Source: a virus (taxonomy: Duplodnaviria; Caudoviricetes). From it: a stretch of 42,911 nucleotides of DNA. Of the stretch, positions 17,575-27,414 are shown piece by piece. The notes beneath the pieces were generated by a model. That model searched no databases. It had not been told where the DNA came from and saw nothing but the letters and a program-made list of their open reading frames with translations. The stretch covers positions 1-42,911 of the IMG/VR virus record IMGVR_UViG_3300037311_000166, one strand, 5' to 3'. Positions within the stretch are counted from its first letter, which is position 1. Each line of letters begins with the position of its first letter. Position numbers and translations under genes: made by a program.

Positions 17575-18615
17575 TTATTCAGACAAAAAGAACCCTGGCT
17601 GACTAGGAGTATAAGCTTTAAAACCTTCAAAAACTCTTAATCCTTTCATTGTTTCAAATGTCTCAGAATCGCTATCAAAATAACTCGGAACCTGAGAGAA
17701 GATGTCTCTAAGGTAAGCATTTTCGATCCCTGCCAAATGCTCAGCGTTTACCGGAGCTTGAATAAAAGGAAATTGAGAATTCACTTCTTCGGCAACAAAA
17801 TTATTCAAAACCTTTTTTTCTACAATTTTTTGCACAGCCTGGGCAAAGCTTGTGGCTCCGGCTGGATTATCAGCCCTTGGAGCAATTGGCTCAAAGTCTA
17901 ACTCACTATCAAAATACCCTGTTGTCCATCCAACTTTGCCAATCTCTGTTATGGCAGCAAACAAATTTTTATCATTAGGAAATCTAAACTTTCTTGACGA
18001 ATCGTTTGGAGACAAGCCTGCTTCTTTTAAATCTTCGGCACTAAAAAAACCAGATTCATAAAAATCTTTTGGAGTAAGGTAAAGCCACGATTCGTCATCG
18101 CCAAGAGTCGCCTTTAATCTTTGAAACACGTCAACTTTTCTTGGTCCTTCAACATTTGAAAGTTTCCAATCGCTCTTGAATTTATCTTCTTTATCTTTTT
18201 TAATTGACTCTCTTTGCCTTAACGCAAGTGATGCGGCCCTGAGCTGATAATCAGGATCTTGCTTCTTAAAAGCGTATTCAAGGCTTTTCATTCTTTTGAA
18301 AAGGTCTAAAGATTCAACGGCCAGACCTCGAAGTTGGGGGTTTGTAAGAGATGCCTTTTGCAATTCAGCAAAAAGTAAGAACGGATCAGGCTGCTCTCTT
18401 CTTAAAGCCGCTTCAGCAGGCAGGACTCCGGATTCAATCCCAACCGCTGTCATTTCACCAAATCCGGTCTGTCCTTCTGCCGTAGTCCTAAGCTGGGCAG
18501 CTACTTTTTTTTGCCCCTCAATCTCTCTCGCTTCGCGAGTGTCAGCTCTATCCAATGCCTTCTTTTGCATTATGGACTGATTTAACATTCCGACAGCTTG
18601 TAAAAAATCTGACAT
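17575..18615 (-). CDS. Internal virion/ejection protein
   Basis: Synteny; helical composition. Confidence 0.5.
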   Translation of the reverse strand: MSDFLQAVGMLNQSIMQKKALDRADTREAREIEGQKKVAAQLRTTAEGQTGFGEMTAVGIESGVLPAEAALRREQPDPFLLFAELQKASLTNPQLRGLAVESLDLFKRMKSLEYAFKKQDPDYQLRAASLALRQRESIKKDKEDKFKSDWKLSNVEGPRKVDVFQRLKATLGDDESWLYLTPKDFYESGFFSAEDLKEAGLSPNDSSRKFRFPNDKNLFAAITEIGKVGWTTGYFDSELDFEPIAPRADNPAGATSFAQAVQKIVEKKVLNNFVAEEVNSQFPFIQAPVNAEHLAGIENAYLRDIFSQVPSYFDSDSETFETMKGLRVFEGFKAYTPSQPGFFLSE

Positions 18616-18624
18616 ATAAACTCC

Positions 18625-20181
18625 TTAATACTCAAACGTGTACTTGGCAGGATTCCACGATGATTGATTTGAAGAAGGCGACTCACTTGTTGACTGAGTT
18701 GAGGCTTTCCCAGAGGGCATTTTAGGAGGCATACCCGCTGCCATGGAAGCAATCGTTGAACCAATGCCTACGGCAACCGTGCCAAGCCCTGGCGTGCTTG
18801 TGCTTTTAGAATTTGATTTTGTTGTTGCCTCAGCAAACTGCTGTTGTTTACCGTAATCATATTGCTTTTCAGCAAAGCCAAGAGCCCTAAATAAATTGTC
18901 TTGGCTTTCATTTAAACGAGCCTGAATCGATGGAATTGAAGAAAAGGCAGATAGTGACGGAGGTTCAAGAGCGGCTGACATTTTTATTTGTTGCTTTTCT
19001 TGCTCTTGGCCAACCATAAAATCAGCCGCTTTAGAAGCGGCATCCAATCTTAATTTTTCAAAATCAAGACTAAGTCCAAATCGGTCTCTTGCTAAAGCAA
19101 GTCTTTCTGATCCAAATTTATCAGCAAAGTCAATTTTGTCTAAAGAAATTTGCTTTTTCATTGCTTCAGCTTCTGAAGCAATTCCAAGTGTATATTTCAA
19201 CTTATCTTCCTCAAGATCAAGAAGCGTGAGGGCAAGAGCGTCAGATTTCTTTTTTGCCTTTTGCACTTGAACCGCTGAAGATGTTGGCGGCAATCCAAAC
19301 ATTGATGCTTGAGTTTCAATTTGATCGTCTATCTTTTTAGAAAGCAAGTCGAATTCAAACATTGCTTTTTTTTCTGCCGACTGATTAACGCCTTCAAGAA
19401 CCCCTAAAAGAGTATCTTTACTTTTATCTGCTTGAAGCACAGCAGCCTCAAGAGCGGAGTCTACATCGAATTGGCTTTTATTTATTTCTGTAGCAACCTT
19501 ATCAAGGTACGAATCAAGCGTAACCTGAGACTGCTTTGACTCATCAATAAGCTTGTCGTAAAATTTTATAAATGTATCTTTTACTTTCCCAAATGAACTA
19601 TCAATGAAACTATTAAGCTCGGGAAGCTCAACAAAGCCTTTTGTCAGAATGCTTGTCATATCCCTAACATAAGCTTCATCAACTTTATTTATGTATTGTC
19701 TTTGTTGAAATTCTAAATCGATTGCATTTCTTCTTGCCTGTTCAACCTCAGGTGAATCAGCACCAAACTTTTCTATTGCAGCCTTAACTATTGGAGGGTC
19801 GTCTTTTTGAAATGAGATCTTTTCAAAGGTTGTAGAATTTTTTCTGATTTTTTTGTCGATCTCTTTTAATTGCTTTTCAAGAGATGTCTTTAATAAAGTT
19901 TCTTCGTAGCTAAGTTTGGGTTTGTTAAGCTTATTTAGTTTTTCTATTAAAGAATTTCTTTCTTTATCGTACTGTTGAGCAAGCTTATCATTTTTGTTGG
20001 TTGTTGTCGTCTCGCTTTGTATTTTAAAACCTGCTGATTCAATGGCTATTTTCATAGCAGAATCAAGCATGGACATTGCCGACATGGCTTCAGGGCTTAA
20101 AGTCCCAACCTTAACTGAAGACGTGCTAGAAGAACTTGAAGAAGATCCGAATAAACTTGATAAACCTGATAATAATCCCAT
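18625..20181 (-). CDS. DNA ejection/pilot-like protein
   Basis: MGLLSGLSSLFGSSSSSSST N-terminus, coiled coils, Gly-rich hydrophobic segment near the C-terminus; start re-called. Confidence 0.55.
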   Translation of the reverse strand: MGLLSGLSSLFGSSSSSSSTSSVKVGTLSPEAMSAMSMLDSAMKIAIESAGFKIQSETTTTNKNDKLAQQYDKERNSLIEKLNKLNKPKLSYEETLLKTSLEKQLKEIDKKIRKNSTTFEKISFQKDDPPIVKAAIEKFGADSPEVEQARRNAIDLEFQQRQYINKVDEAYVRDMTSILTKGFVELPELNSFIDSSFGKVKDTFIKFYDKLIDESKQSQVTLDSYLDKVATEINKSQFDVDSALEAAVLQADKSKDTLLGVLEGVNQSAEKKAMFEFDLLSKKIDDQIETQASMFGLPPTSSAVQVQKAKKKSDALALTLLDLEEDKLKYTLGIASEAEAMKKQISLDKIDFADKFGSERLALARDRFGLSLDFEKLRLDAASKAADFMVGQEQEKQQIKMSAALEPPSLSAFSSIPSIQARLNESQDNLFRALGFAEKQYDYGKQQQFAEATTKSNSKSTSTPGLGTVAVGIGSTIASMAAGMPPKMPSGKASTQSTSESPSSNQSSWNPAKYTFEY

Positions 20182-20183
20182 AA

Positions 20184-20336
20184 TTAAACTACCTTTCTCC
20201 ACTTTCCACCGTTCTTGCAATAAATCTTTTTTGCCAGATCTAAAATCCAGTATTCACTGCAATCCGGTGACGACTGACGTTTTGCATCACTCAAGCTTTT
20301 TGCCCATAGCCGTTCGTTAGTCGGAACCTCTTTCAT
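20184..20336 (-). CDS. 50-aa small protein not in the ORF track (DUF5872-like)
   Basis: MKEVPTNERLWAKSLSDAKRQSSPDCSEYWILDLAKKIYCKNGGKWRKVV; fills the intergenic gap; GGGG RBS. Confidence 0.6.
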   Translation of the reverse strand: MKEVPTNERLWAKSLSDAKRQSSPDCSEYWILDLAKKIYCKNGGKWRKVV

Positions 20337-22308
20337 TGCATTCCCCTTTTAGTTCGGCCACCTGCTTTGATAGCTCCTGTATCGCTCCTACTATGGGGGC
20401 TATCAATTCAGAGTAAGACACAGCCCACTTTTCTTTTGATTCATCCTCTGGCTTATAGACAGCTTTTGTTTTTCCAAAGTGCGGATAAAGCACCCCCTGC
20501 ACTTCTTGCGCTCCGAATCCTAAATATTTATGGTCTTTACCATTCTTTTCATAATTTATAGGATTTAAAGCGTTAATAATATTCAAGCATGTTTCAGAAT
20601 TTAAATTGTTAATGTTATTTTTAAAACGAATATCAGATGTGTTGATTGTGTTGTCATCAGCCCAAACAGCGGTCCATAATTTTGTTGAGCTTCCAAGAGA
20701 ATAAGTACTATCGTCCCAAGGTAATACATTGGCACCACATATTATTCCGTTAAGAAAAACTTTAAGCGTAGGAATGAAACTGCTTGTAAGAGTGTTATAA
20801 GTTTCAACAAGAGCACCATAATAATAATTTAAACTAACTAAATCTGACGTTGTTGATATTTTCCATCGTGTGTCTACTCCAAACCCACCGCTATTTCCTC
20901 CGTAGCTCATTGGAAATGAGGTTAAATCTAAAGCTAAAGATCCTCCACTAGAAATAGAAAGAGTATTTGTTGTCTTTAAATATAAACCAGTATCTGAATC
21001 ATTTATTCTTAAAGCTGGTGTTGCAGCGGACCCGCTAACATTTAGTAAAATGCCACTCGCATTAATAGTAGATATGTTAGAACCTCCAGCTATTAATGCT
21101 AACGTATTAAGACCGCTAAATCCAAGTCCAGTGTTTTGATCTCCAACTCTTGCATACCTTGGAACTGTTGAAGAGGTAGAACCAGCATGATAGCACGCTG
21201 CTGAGTCTACAACAATGCCAACAGTTCCTGCGTGCGTTGTTCTAAACTCCGAACCATTCCAATATATTCCTGTATTAGTTTCTGCTGATCTAGTTAAAGC
21301 TGGCGCGCTAATAGCACCGTCTGGCAGCCGAATCGGTATTGTGCTAACATGGCCTCCGGTTGCGTGAATAATAAATGGCGTATTAGCACCCTGCACAAAA
21401 CGCGCTATACCTTTTGGAGTTACGGCATCTTTAGCAACAACTAATACAGCGTGATCGCCTGCACTTGCATTTTGGGAGTAAAATAAAGTAACAAAATCAC
21501 TGGTTAAGGTTGATCCAGCATTAGTTACGACTCTGAATAAACTTCCTGTTGTAACAGCGTCTCCAGTTATAACATGACCCAAACCCGTTGTAAGAGACGG
21601 GAAAGAAAACGAATGACCTCCATTAGCTAAAACTCCAGATGTTATAGCTCCTGTTACAGAAACATTAAAAACCGACGATGTTGATGTTCCTACTAAATTA
21701 AGAATTTTTGTTGTTGATGTTGATGAATCTGATCGTATGCATAAAGCATCGGCAAGCGATGCGGCATTGTCATCGTGAATAAAGCCAAGGTTTCGCCCTG
21801 TCGTGCTGGAAGAGTTGGAATATAAATAAAACCCCGCTCCACTGGTTAACGAGCTTGCTGTGATGGCTAAAGCGTTTCCTGTTGTAACAGAAGCTGTCAA
21901 CGAAACGTAATTATCTGTAGTTGCAGACGCTCTCCCTACTAAAACTAACCCATCATAATTGGGGAAAGTAAAACATCTAGTGGCAGAAAGAGAAGAACCA
22001 ACAGCATCAATCTTGATACCATTCCCGTCTGTATTTATAGTAAATTGATCCGAAGGAGTGCCGGTAAGAGGAACCCCTCCTGACGCCAAAAGATTAATCT
22101 GATCTTGAAGTGATTGTGGAAGGCTCTTAACTCCCTCGCCATTGTAAACGTAAGACGAGTCAAAAGCATCTTTCTTCAATTGATTTAAATCGTTGTAACA
22201 AAGCTGAATTGCCTTATTTGCCGCATCGACTAATCTCTTAACATCATTGAAAGAAGGGGTTTGCCCATTCCCAAAATTTATTAAAGGTAACTTTGCTTTT
22301 CTGGTCAT
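20317..22308 (-). CDS. Tail fibre/spike with a C-terminal intramolecular chaperone (peptidase S74)
   Basis: Gly/Ser/Thr-rich beta repeats; SDIRFKNNI...GFGAQEV...YSELIAPIVGAIQEL. Confidence 0.88.
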   Translation of the reverse strand: MTRKAKLPLINFGNGQTPSFNDVKRLVDAANKAIQLCYNDLNQLKKDAFDSSYVYNGEGVKSLPQSLQDQINLLASGGVPLTGTPSDQFTINTDGNGIKIDAVGSSLSATRCFTFPNYDGLVLVGRASATTDNYVSLTASVTTGNALAITASSLTSGAGFYLYSNSSSTTGRNLGFIHDDNAASLADALCIRSDSSTSTTKILNLVGTSTSSVFNVSVTGAITSGVLANGGHSFSFPSLTTGLGHVITGDAVTTGSLFRVVTNAGSTLTSDFVTLFYSQNASAGDHAVLVVAKDAVTPKGIARFVQGANTPFIIHATGGHVSTIPIRLPDGAISAPALTRSAETNTGIYWNGSEFRTTHAGTVGIVVDSAACYHAGSTSSTVPRYARVGDQNTGLGFSGLNTLALIAGGSNISTINASGILLNVSGSAATPALRINDSDTGLYLKTTNTLSISSGGSLALDLTSFPMSYGGNSGGFGVDTRWKISTTSDLVSLNYYYGALVETYNTLTSSFIPTLKVFLNGIICGANVLPWDDSTYSLGSSTKLWTAVWADDNTINTSDIRFKNNINNLNSETCLNIINALNPINYEKNGKDHKYLGFGAQEVQGVLYPHFGKTKAVYKPEDESKEKWAVSYSELIAPIVGAIQELSKQVAELKGECNERGSD

Positions 22309-23060
22309 GGTATCCTCATAACACTAAAAAATGTTGATGTCGCTCCTGCTACTACGTCTAAAGCTCCGCCTGAATTTTGAAAGACTCTAACGTCATAATA
22401 ATCACCGGCGGACGCTTGGTCATCATAAGCGATTTGCAAGTACGTGTCTTCTGTCGCGTGAGCCGTGAAAAGATTTGCCCTGGCAACCTCTGAAGCGTTT
22501 TTGTACAGGTAAACAACACGTCGGCCTGTAGAATTATTATCAAACCGAACCTGAGCCTTGATTGTATACCTTCCAGTTCCTCCGGTCGGGATCGTAATCC
22601 GATTAGTATTTGTCGTCAGATCATGAAGATCGCCAACGTCAAAATCTTCTGTGTTAAAATTTATTGCTGTAATCGTTGCATCCGGAATGCTTTGGGCCGT
22701 AGTTGTTAGTGTGGCCCTGACCCTTTGTTGCAAGTCAGCACCAAGAGTTCCATTCGTAATCAGGTTTTCTTGAAACGATACAGATCCCTCAAACGTCCAA
22801 TCTCCGGTAATCGTCTCGTCACCGTCCTTATACGGAAAAGATTCTGTGATCGGCTCGGCCAAAGAAGCGTCGCCAGTCCCATTAAAGGAATATGTTGCCG
22901 TATTAAAAATGTCTTTTGCAAGCTGAAGAATTGCAGAATTTACAGTGTCATTAATATATGTTTCAACAGAATTCAAAGACGCATCCAGCTTTGCTTCCCC
23001 AAGAATATCCGCATCATCATAAGTTTTTGTGTAATCAAAATCTGTTAATGTAATCGTCAT
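22305..23060 (-). CDS. Short tail fibre/baseplate protein with a C1q-like C-terminal domain
   Basis: INFNTEDFD...NRITIP..GRYTIKAQV pattern. Confidence 0.6.
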   Translation of the reverse strand: MTITLTDFDYTKTYDDADILGEAKLDASLNSVETYINDTVNSAILQLAKDIFNTATYSFNGTGDASLAEPITESFPYKDGDETITGDWTFEGSVSFQENLITNGTLGADLQQRVRATLTTTAQSIPDATITAINFNTEDFDVGDLHDLTTNTNRITIPTGGTGRYTIKAQVRFDNNSTGRRVVYLYKNASEVARANLFTAHATEDTYLQIAYDDQASAGDYYDVRVFQNSGGALDVVAGATSTFFSVMRIP

Positions 23061-23063
23061 ATG

Positions 23064-24617
23064 CTATCCTCCTCTTGTCTCTCTTCTTGAATTTTGCGAT
23101 TCAAAATCAAGAATAACTCCTAAAATTTCAGGGACCGCTGTCTCATCAAGACTTTGATCCGGCTCCCAATCCAATACAAATTGAAAAGATCTACCACTAC
23201 CTTTTGCTTTCTGAGTGTTGTGCATATACGGAGTAATACCTCCAATTGCAGACGACCCAATTTTAAACGACTCAGATATCTTTGCGGGAACTTTATCTGT
23301 CATGTCAAAGAAAATCTCTTCCGAAAACCTTCCGTCTATCAAGCTTGTAAGTTTGATTTTTCCATCTATAATATTTTGACACACTAGTGTGATATACTCC
23401 AAAACTTGATACCCTTTAACATTCCCCGTTGGGAGAAGAATTGAGCTGACAATCCTAAACCTGTTCCTGACCCCGTAATCCGAGTTGATCGTAAAATCAA
23501 AAAAACCAAAATTGCCATTGTTTGTGGCCAGTAATGTTTTTCTCTTTTTTGAATCATTAGAATCAATGAATGTGCAAGCGGAAGTGTGGTTGAATAATGG
23601 CCAATAATACCACTTGCCTGCCTTGGCTGAAAAACCAAACGCTTCATTTGAGTACTCGCTGCCGACGGATGGGAAAAGCAAAACGTAAGAATTTAATTCA
23701 GTATCCCAAAACCCACGCATGTATTCCGATCTCTCAAAGTTTACTGTATTGATATAATTCTTTCTTATTGGATCGGAAAGGAACTGAGTTTCAATCCCTG
23801 ATATTTTGTCGGATTGATCCAAAACGTGAATCCCTTTATCGGATGGGAAAAAGATTGCTCCCTCAGAAGCGACCGAGGCCGAATGGGAAACGCAACCAAT
23901 CGAATTCGAAAGCTTTACTGAATAGTAAAAAATGTCAGTTCCATCGAATTGGAAGGCGATTTTGTAGGTTGACAGTCTTTTGGATACGTAAAAGGAACCG
24001 AAAAGAGGTGGATGAATTGCTCTTATTCCATCCGGATCCCCATCGAATGGATCGCAATCCACTTCGCCTCCTGATGAAAAATCAAGCGAATTAACCCCCG
24101 TGTACAAGACTCTTCCTGGAACAGAGACATCATCAACCCATAATCTATTTTGAAAAACTCTTCCAAGAGTGCAAACGGGAGCCGTGGAATGCAATTGAGT
24201 CATCGCCCCAGTCATTGTCCATTTTAATGGATAAGTTATCTTATCCCCAAAAAAGATGCACAGAACACCAAAAAAAACTTCAAATACAACATTTGTATTA
24301 AGCGGAATGTCAATTGAAGATTGAAGGACATCGTAATTAAGATTTTCATCAAGGCTAAAAATTTTCAAACCATCATAACAAACGAGTCTCCAGCCCTTAT
24401 CGAAAGTATGGTACTGAATTTGAGAAATGATTTTTGTGTTGCCCCACGGCTTTGATTCAAAAGCTTTTTTTAGACCAGGCCTAAGTCTCTTGGTAGAGTC
24501 GTCAGTGTAAATGACGTTTTCAGCCAAGACAACATCCTTCGGATCCAGAAGTAAAGGGTTCCTCGTACTGTTCTGTTCCCCATCATAAGGCAAAAGTTGT
24601 GTTTGAAAATTTGCCAC
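23064..24617 (-). CDS. Tail nozzle/stabilisation protein (P22 gp10-like position)
   Basis: 517 aa, beta-rich; IGCVSHSA...IFFPSDKGIH motif; follows the adaptor. Confidence 0.65.
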   Translation of the reverse strand: MANFQTQLLPYDGEQNSTRNPLLLDPKDVVLAENVIYTDDSTKRLRPGLKKAFESKPWGNTKIISQIQYHTFDKGWRLVCYDGLKIFSLDENLNYDVLQSSIDIPLNTNVVFEVFFGVLCIFFGDKITYPLKWTMTGAMTQLHSTAPVCTLGRVFQNRLWVDDVSVPGRVLYTGVNSLDFSSGGEVDCDPFDGDPDGIRAIHPPLFGSFYVSKRLSTYKIAFQFDGTDIFYYSVKLSNSIGCVSHSASVASEGAIFFPSDKGIHVLDQSDKISGIETQFLSDPIRKNYINTVNFERSEYMRGFWDTELNSYVLLFPSVGSEYSNEAFGFSAKAGKWYYWPLFNHTSACTFIDSNDSKKRKTLLATNNGNFGFFDFTINSDYGVRNRFRIVSSILLPTGNVKGYQVLEYITLVCQNIIDGKIKLTSLIDGRFSEEIFFDMTDKVPAKISESFKIGSSAIGGITPYMHNTQKAKGSGRSFQFVLDWEPDQSLDETAVPEILGVILDFESQNSRRETRGG

Positions 24618-24621
24618 TTCA

Positions 24622-25638
24622 TCATCTCCTCAGATTATTGAAATAATGAGTGCGTCTCATTTTCTTGAGATTAACAACTAGCCTTGGGCTTTTTGAAGTT
24701 TTTTGGATTTTGCCAGTGAGCTTATTAATGTACGACAGAACTCTTCTGGCATGAAATGCGGCTTGTTCTTGCTGACCTTCTTGTCCAAAATAAATCTCTA
24801 GGGCCGCATCGACAATTACCCACCTATCAAGCTTGGGGAACTCGGGCTGCTGATCGTCAGAAAAAAGAGCTTGAACAGATCGAAAATAAGGTATGTGGAC
24901 CAAAACATTTTCGCCTGGGTCTAATGGGAAAAATTTAACACGCTTGTATTTAAAATCCTCGTCTGTCAAAAAATCATATCCGAGAATCATCTCTGATAAA
25001 TTAGGTATTCCAACCGGTGCGCCCCATTCACTTTCACAATAAAACTCAGGCTTGCCTCTGGCGTTAGAATTAACTGCTGTCTCGCGTGAGAAATCATGCT
25101 CATCAATCGGCTTCATTAACGGATCATTATCAGAAATCTCAGTAAACGATGAAAATGAATTTCCAGGCTTTCCTAAATCATAATACGGACGACCTATTAT
25201 GTCGCAGTCCGGCGGCAGCGTGTGTTCGTGTTGATAGATTTTATGCGTTGCCTCCGTATCTGTCGTCCCAATGAAATTCGCAGATAAATAAATTTTAGAA
25301 CTGGATTGTTTGACCCCAATAATTCTATAAATTTGAATTTCATCGTTAAACCTCACAGATCTTCCAAGAATCTCTTTTGTGACGGTGTACCCTGTAACAG
25401 TAACTTCTCTGCTTCCAGAGACAACGGAAGATGTCCCTGTTGTAATTGGTGGAGCTAAGATGATGTCCCAGGTCTTTTTTCTCCACCCCCACTGATAAGA
25501 CATTGCCAAAGTAGTATAAGCCTGATTGATTATTCCTTTGAAAATCAATTCTTCTTCTGGCCGAACTGAATTGTTCACGCGAGCCCTAGCGACCACAATG
25601 TCATAAATGTCTTTGAATGTCGTAGGTGAAAAATTCAT
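24622..25638 (-). CDS. Head-tail adaptor (tail tubular protein A-like)
   Basis: INQAY...WGW, LPPD, GKPEFY and FFP motifs. Confidence 0.65.
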   Translation of the reverse strand: MNFSPTTFKDIYDIVVARARVNNSVRPEEELIFKGIINQAYTTLAMSYQWGWRKKTWDIILAPPITTGTSSVVSGSREVTVTGYTVTKEILGRSVRFNDEIQIYRIIGVKQSSSKIYLSANFIGTTDTEATHKIYQHEHTLPPDCDIIGRPYYDLGKPGNSFSSFTEISDNDPLMKPIDEHDFSRETAVNSNARGKPEFYCESEWGAPVGIPNLSEMILGYDFLTDEDFKYKRVKFFPLDPGENVLVHIPYFRSVQALFSDDQQPEFPKLDRWVIVDAALEIYFGQEGQQEQAAFHARRVLSYINKLTGKIQKTSKSPRLVVNLKKMRRTHYFNNLRR

Positions 25639-25643
25639 GCGCT

Positions 25644-25910
25644 TCAGTGTCCCTTAAATAAATTAAACAGCAAAACTATTACCACGGCAAGAGTTGATGG
25701 AGAAGCTGCCAAAACACCATATAACGCTGATTTAGCCGAAAGATTGTGCTTCAAATCAGTTTGTGCTTCCTTTAAATCCATGACAACATTTGTCAGGCTA
25801 TCTATTACAGACTCAAGCCTGCCTATCCTTTCAGACAAATATTCAAGGTCCCTAGTGTTTAAGGACACACTTGTTTTAATGTCTTCGTCAAGAATAGACT
25901 TTTTCAGCAT
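25644..25910 (-). CDS. Coiled-coil membrane protein (holin-like)
   Basis: Coiled coil followed by a C-terminal TM helix; near the endolysin. Confidence 0.45.
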   Translation of the reverse strand: MLKKSILDEDIKTSVSLNTRDLEYLSERIGRLESVIDSLTNVVMDLKEAQTDLKHNLSAKSALYGVLAASPSTLAVVIVLLFNLFKGH

Positions 25911-25912
25911 CG

Positions 25913-26293
25913 CTACACCTCTGCTCTATCAACTTTTTTCTGATTGATGATAAAGACTTTGCAGCTATCTCCAGAAGCGCCAGACACAGATTTTATGAAA
26001 AGCTTTGACAAAAGAAATGGCAAAAGCTCTCCGGTCAAACCTTGGTTTGCAGTTCCGTTAGCCAGGCTATATGTCGAACCATTTGTAAGCGGGATCCAAC
26101 TGTCATCAGATGTTTCCCAGCCAAGATATGTGGTCCCAGTATTTGAAGCCCCAGGGATCAAAAGAATGTCAATCGCCCCCAAAGTCTCATCGTCAGTCAA
26201 TGGCTTTGGATCTAAATGATAACCAGTGATCGGGCCAATTTTTGTAAGACCCAAAACAACACGTGATCTTCTTGGTGAATTTTGAATGCTCAT
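25913..26293 (-). CDS. Hypothetical virion protein
   Basis: ATGA-coupled to the endolysin; beta-rich. Confidence 0.6.
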   Translation of the reverse strand: MSIQNSPRRSRVVLGLTKIGPITGYHLDPKPLTDDETLGAIDILLIPGASNTGTTYLGWETSDDSWIPLTNGSTYSLANGTANQGLTGELLPFLLSKLFIKSVSGASGDSCKVFIINQKKVDRAEV

Positions 26294-26679
26294 TTTTTAC
26301 TCCCGTATTTCCAGCGACGTGCTGGACCTAAATCATAATGGACAAAACTTTTTGAGACAGCGATTCCACCGTCAGAGATCTTCCCTTCTTTTACAAGCGA
26401 AAGAATTGTCTTGTGAAGATTTTGAACGGTGTCCCTTAACGGAACCAAGTCTACTGCCATTCCTTGAACATGAAATGAATTTTTTGCTCCGCCAACCTTC
26501 TTGTTATGAGCAGGAGTTCTATAGGCGGAAACAATCGAAATTGGAGATTTGAACTCATCCCTAATTTTTTGAAGATTTCTTAACAAGAATTTAAGCCTGC
26601 TATCGATCCATTCTTGCGGATATGGGGTTCCGTCTTTGCAAGCAAACTCAATGAGATTAAAATTTTTTGAAAGCTTCAT
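26290..26679 (-). CDS. Endolysin, peptidase M15A (D-Ala-D-Ala carboxypeptidase family)
   Basis: NF...EFACK, SAYRTPAHNKKVGGAKNSFHVQGMAVD, FVHYD. Confidence 0.9.
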   Translation of the reverse strand: MKLSKNFNLIEFACKDGTPYPQEWIDSRLKFLLRNLQKIRDEFKSPISIVSAYRTPAHNKKVGGAKNSFHVQGMAVDLVPLRDTVQNLHKTILSLVKEGKISDGGIAVSKSFVHYDLGPARRWKYGSKK

Positions 26680-26680
26680 T

Positions 26681-26953
26681 TTATTCCTCTGGCTCTATGG
26701 ACCACAAATAAGGGTCTGCACCTTCAACGGCCATTTGCAACGTGATAAGGTTTGTCCAATACGTGTCTTCATAAGTTCCAACTTCAACGCACTTTAAAAC
26801 ATTGTTCCCATGAATGTTATTCTTTTGGATCTTCAATAAAAACTTGGCTACCTTATCATCGACTTCAGCCTGTTCCCATTGATTAATATTTATTTGCTGA
26901 CCCTTGAAGGATAAGCTTATGCCTTGACCTCCAACCATTTTTATCGTCTTCAT
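26681..26953 (-). CDS. Hypothetical protein
   Basis: Start re-called at MKTIKM (ATGA overlap). Confidence 0.65.
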   Translation of the reverse strand: MKTIKMVGGQGISLSFKGQQININQWEQAEVDDKVAKFLLKIQKNNIHGNNVLKCVEVGTYEDTYWTNLITLQMAVEGADPYLWSIEPEE

Positions 26954-27411
26954 GCCGGCAATCCTTTCGGGAAGAATCCTGTCAAATAAAAACTTCTTGG
27001 GGTTGAAGTGATTGAGCCAACGGTCAATGGAGACCATGCGCCTCCAATTGAAAATGTTCTTGAAACATATACCCCAGCCACAAGATCTTCTGCGTACGGA
27101 GTTGCCACGTAAACAGCCCCGCCTCCAATATCAAAGACTCCAGTCCCGCAGAAAATTGAAGCCCCAGCCAAAACATCGTACGAAAAACCGCCAATGCCTA
27201 ACTGGCCAGACCCTGATCCGGCTGAACCACCAGAAGTATGTTTTCCAGAAACTTTGAAAAATACATAGTCGCCAACGACTTTTTCCCAACCAATAAGCTC
27301 ATCAAATGTCGGGATTGTATCTCCGCCAGAGGCGGAAAAAAGAATTGGAGTGAAGAGGGGCCAATCTTCCCCAGAAGAACCGCCTCCACCTCCTAATTGA
27401 ATTAATGGCAT
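26950..27411 (-). CDS. Putative head fibre/receptor-binding small protein
   Basis: MPLIQLGGGGG start; Gly-rich, beta-rich. Confidence 0.5.
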   Translation of the reverse strand: MPLIQLGGGGGSSGEDWPLFTPILFSASGGDTIPTFDELIGWEKVVGDYVFFKVSGKHTSGGSAGSGSGQLGIGGFSYDVLAGASIFCGTGVFDIGGGAVYVATPYAEDLVAGVYVSRTFSIGGAWSPLTVGSITSTPRSFYLTGFFPKGLPA

Positions 27412-27414
27412 AAA

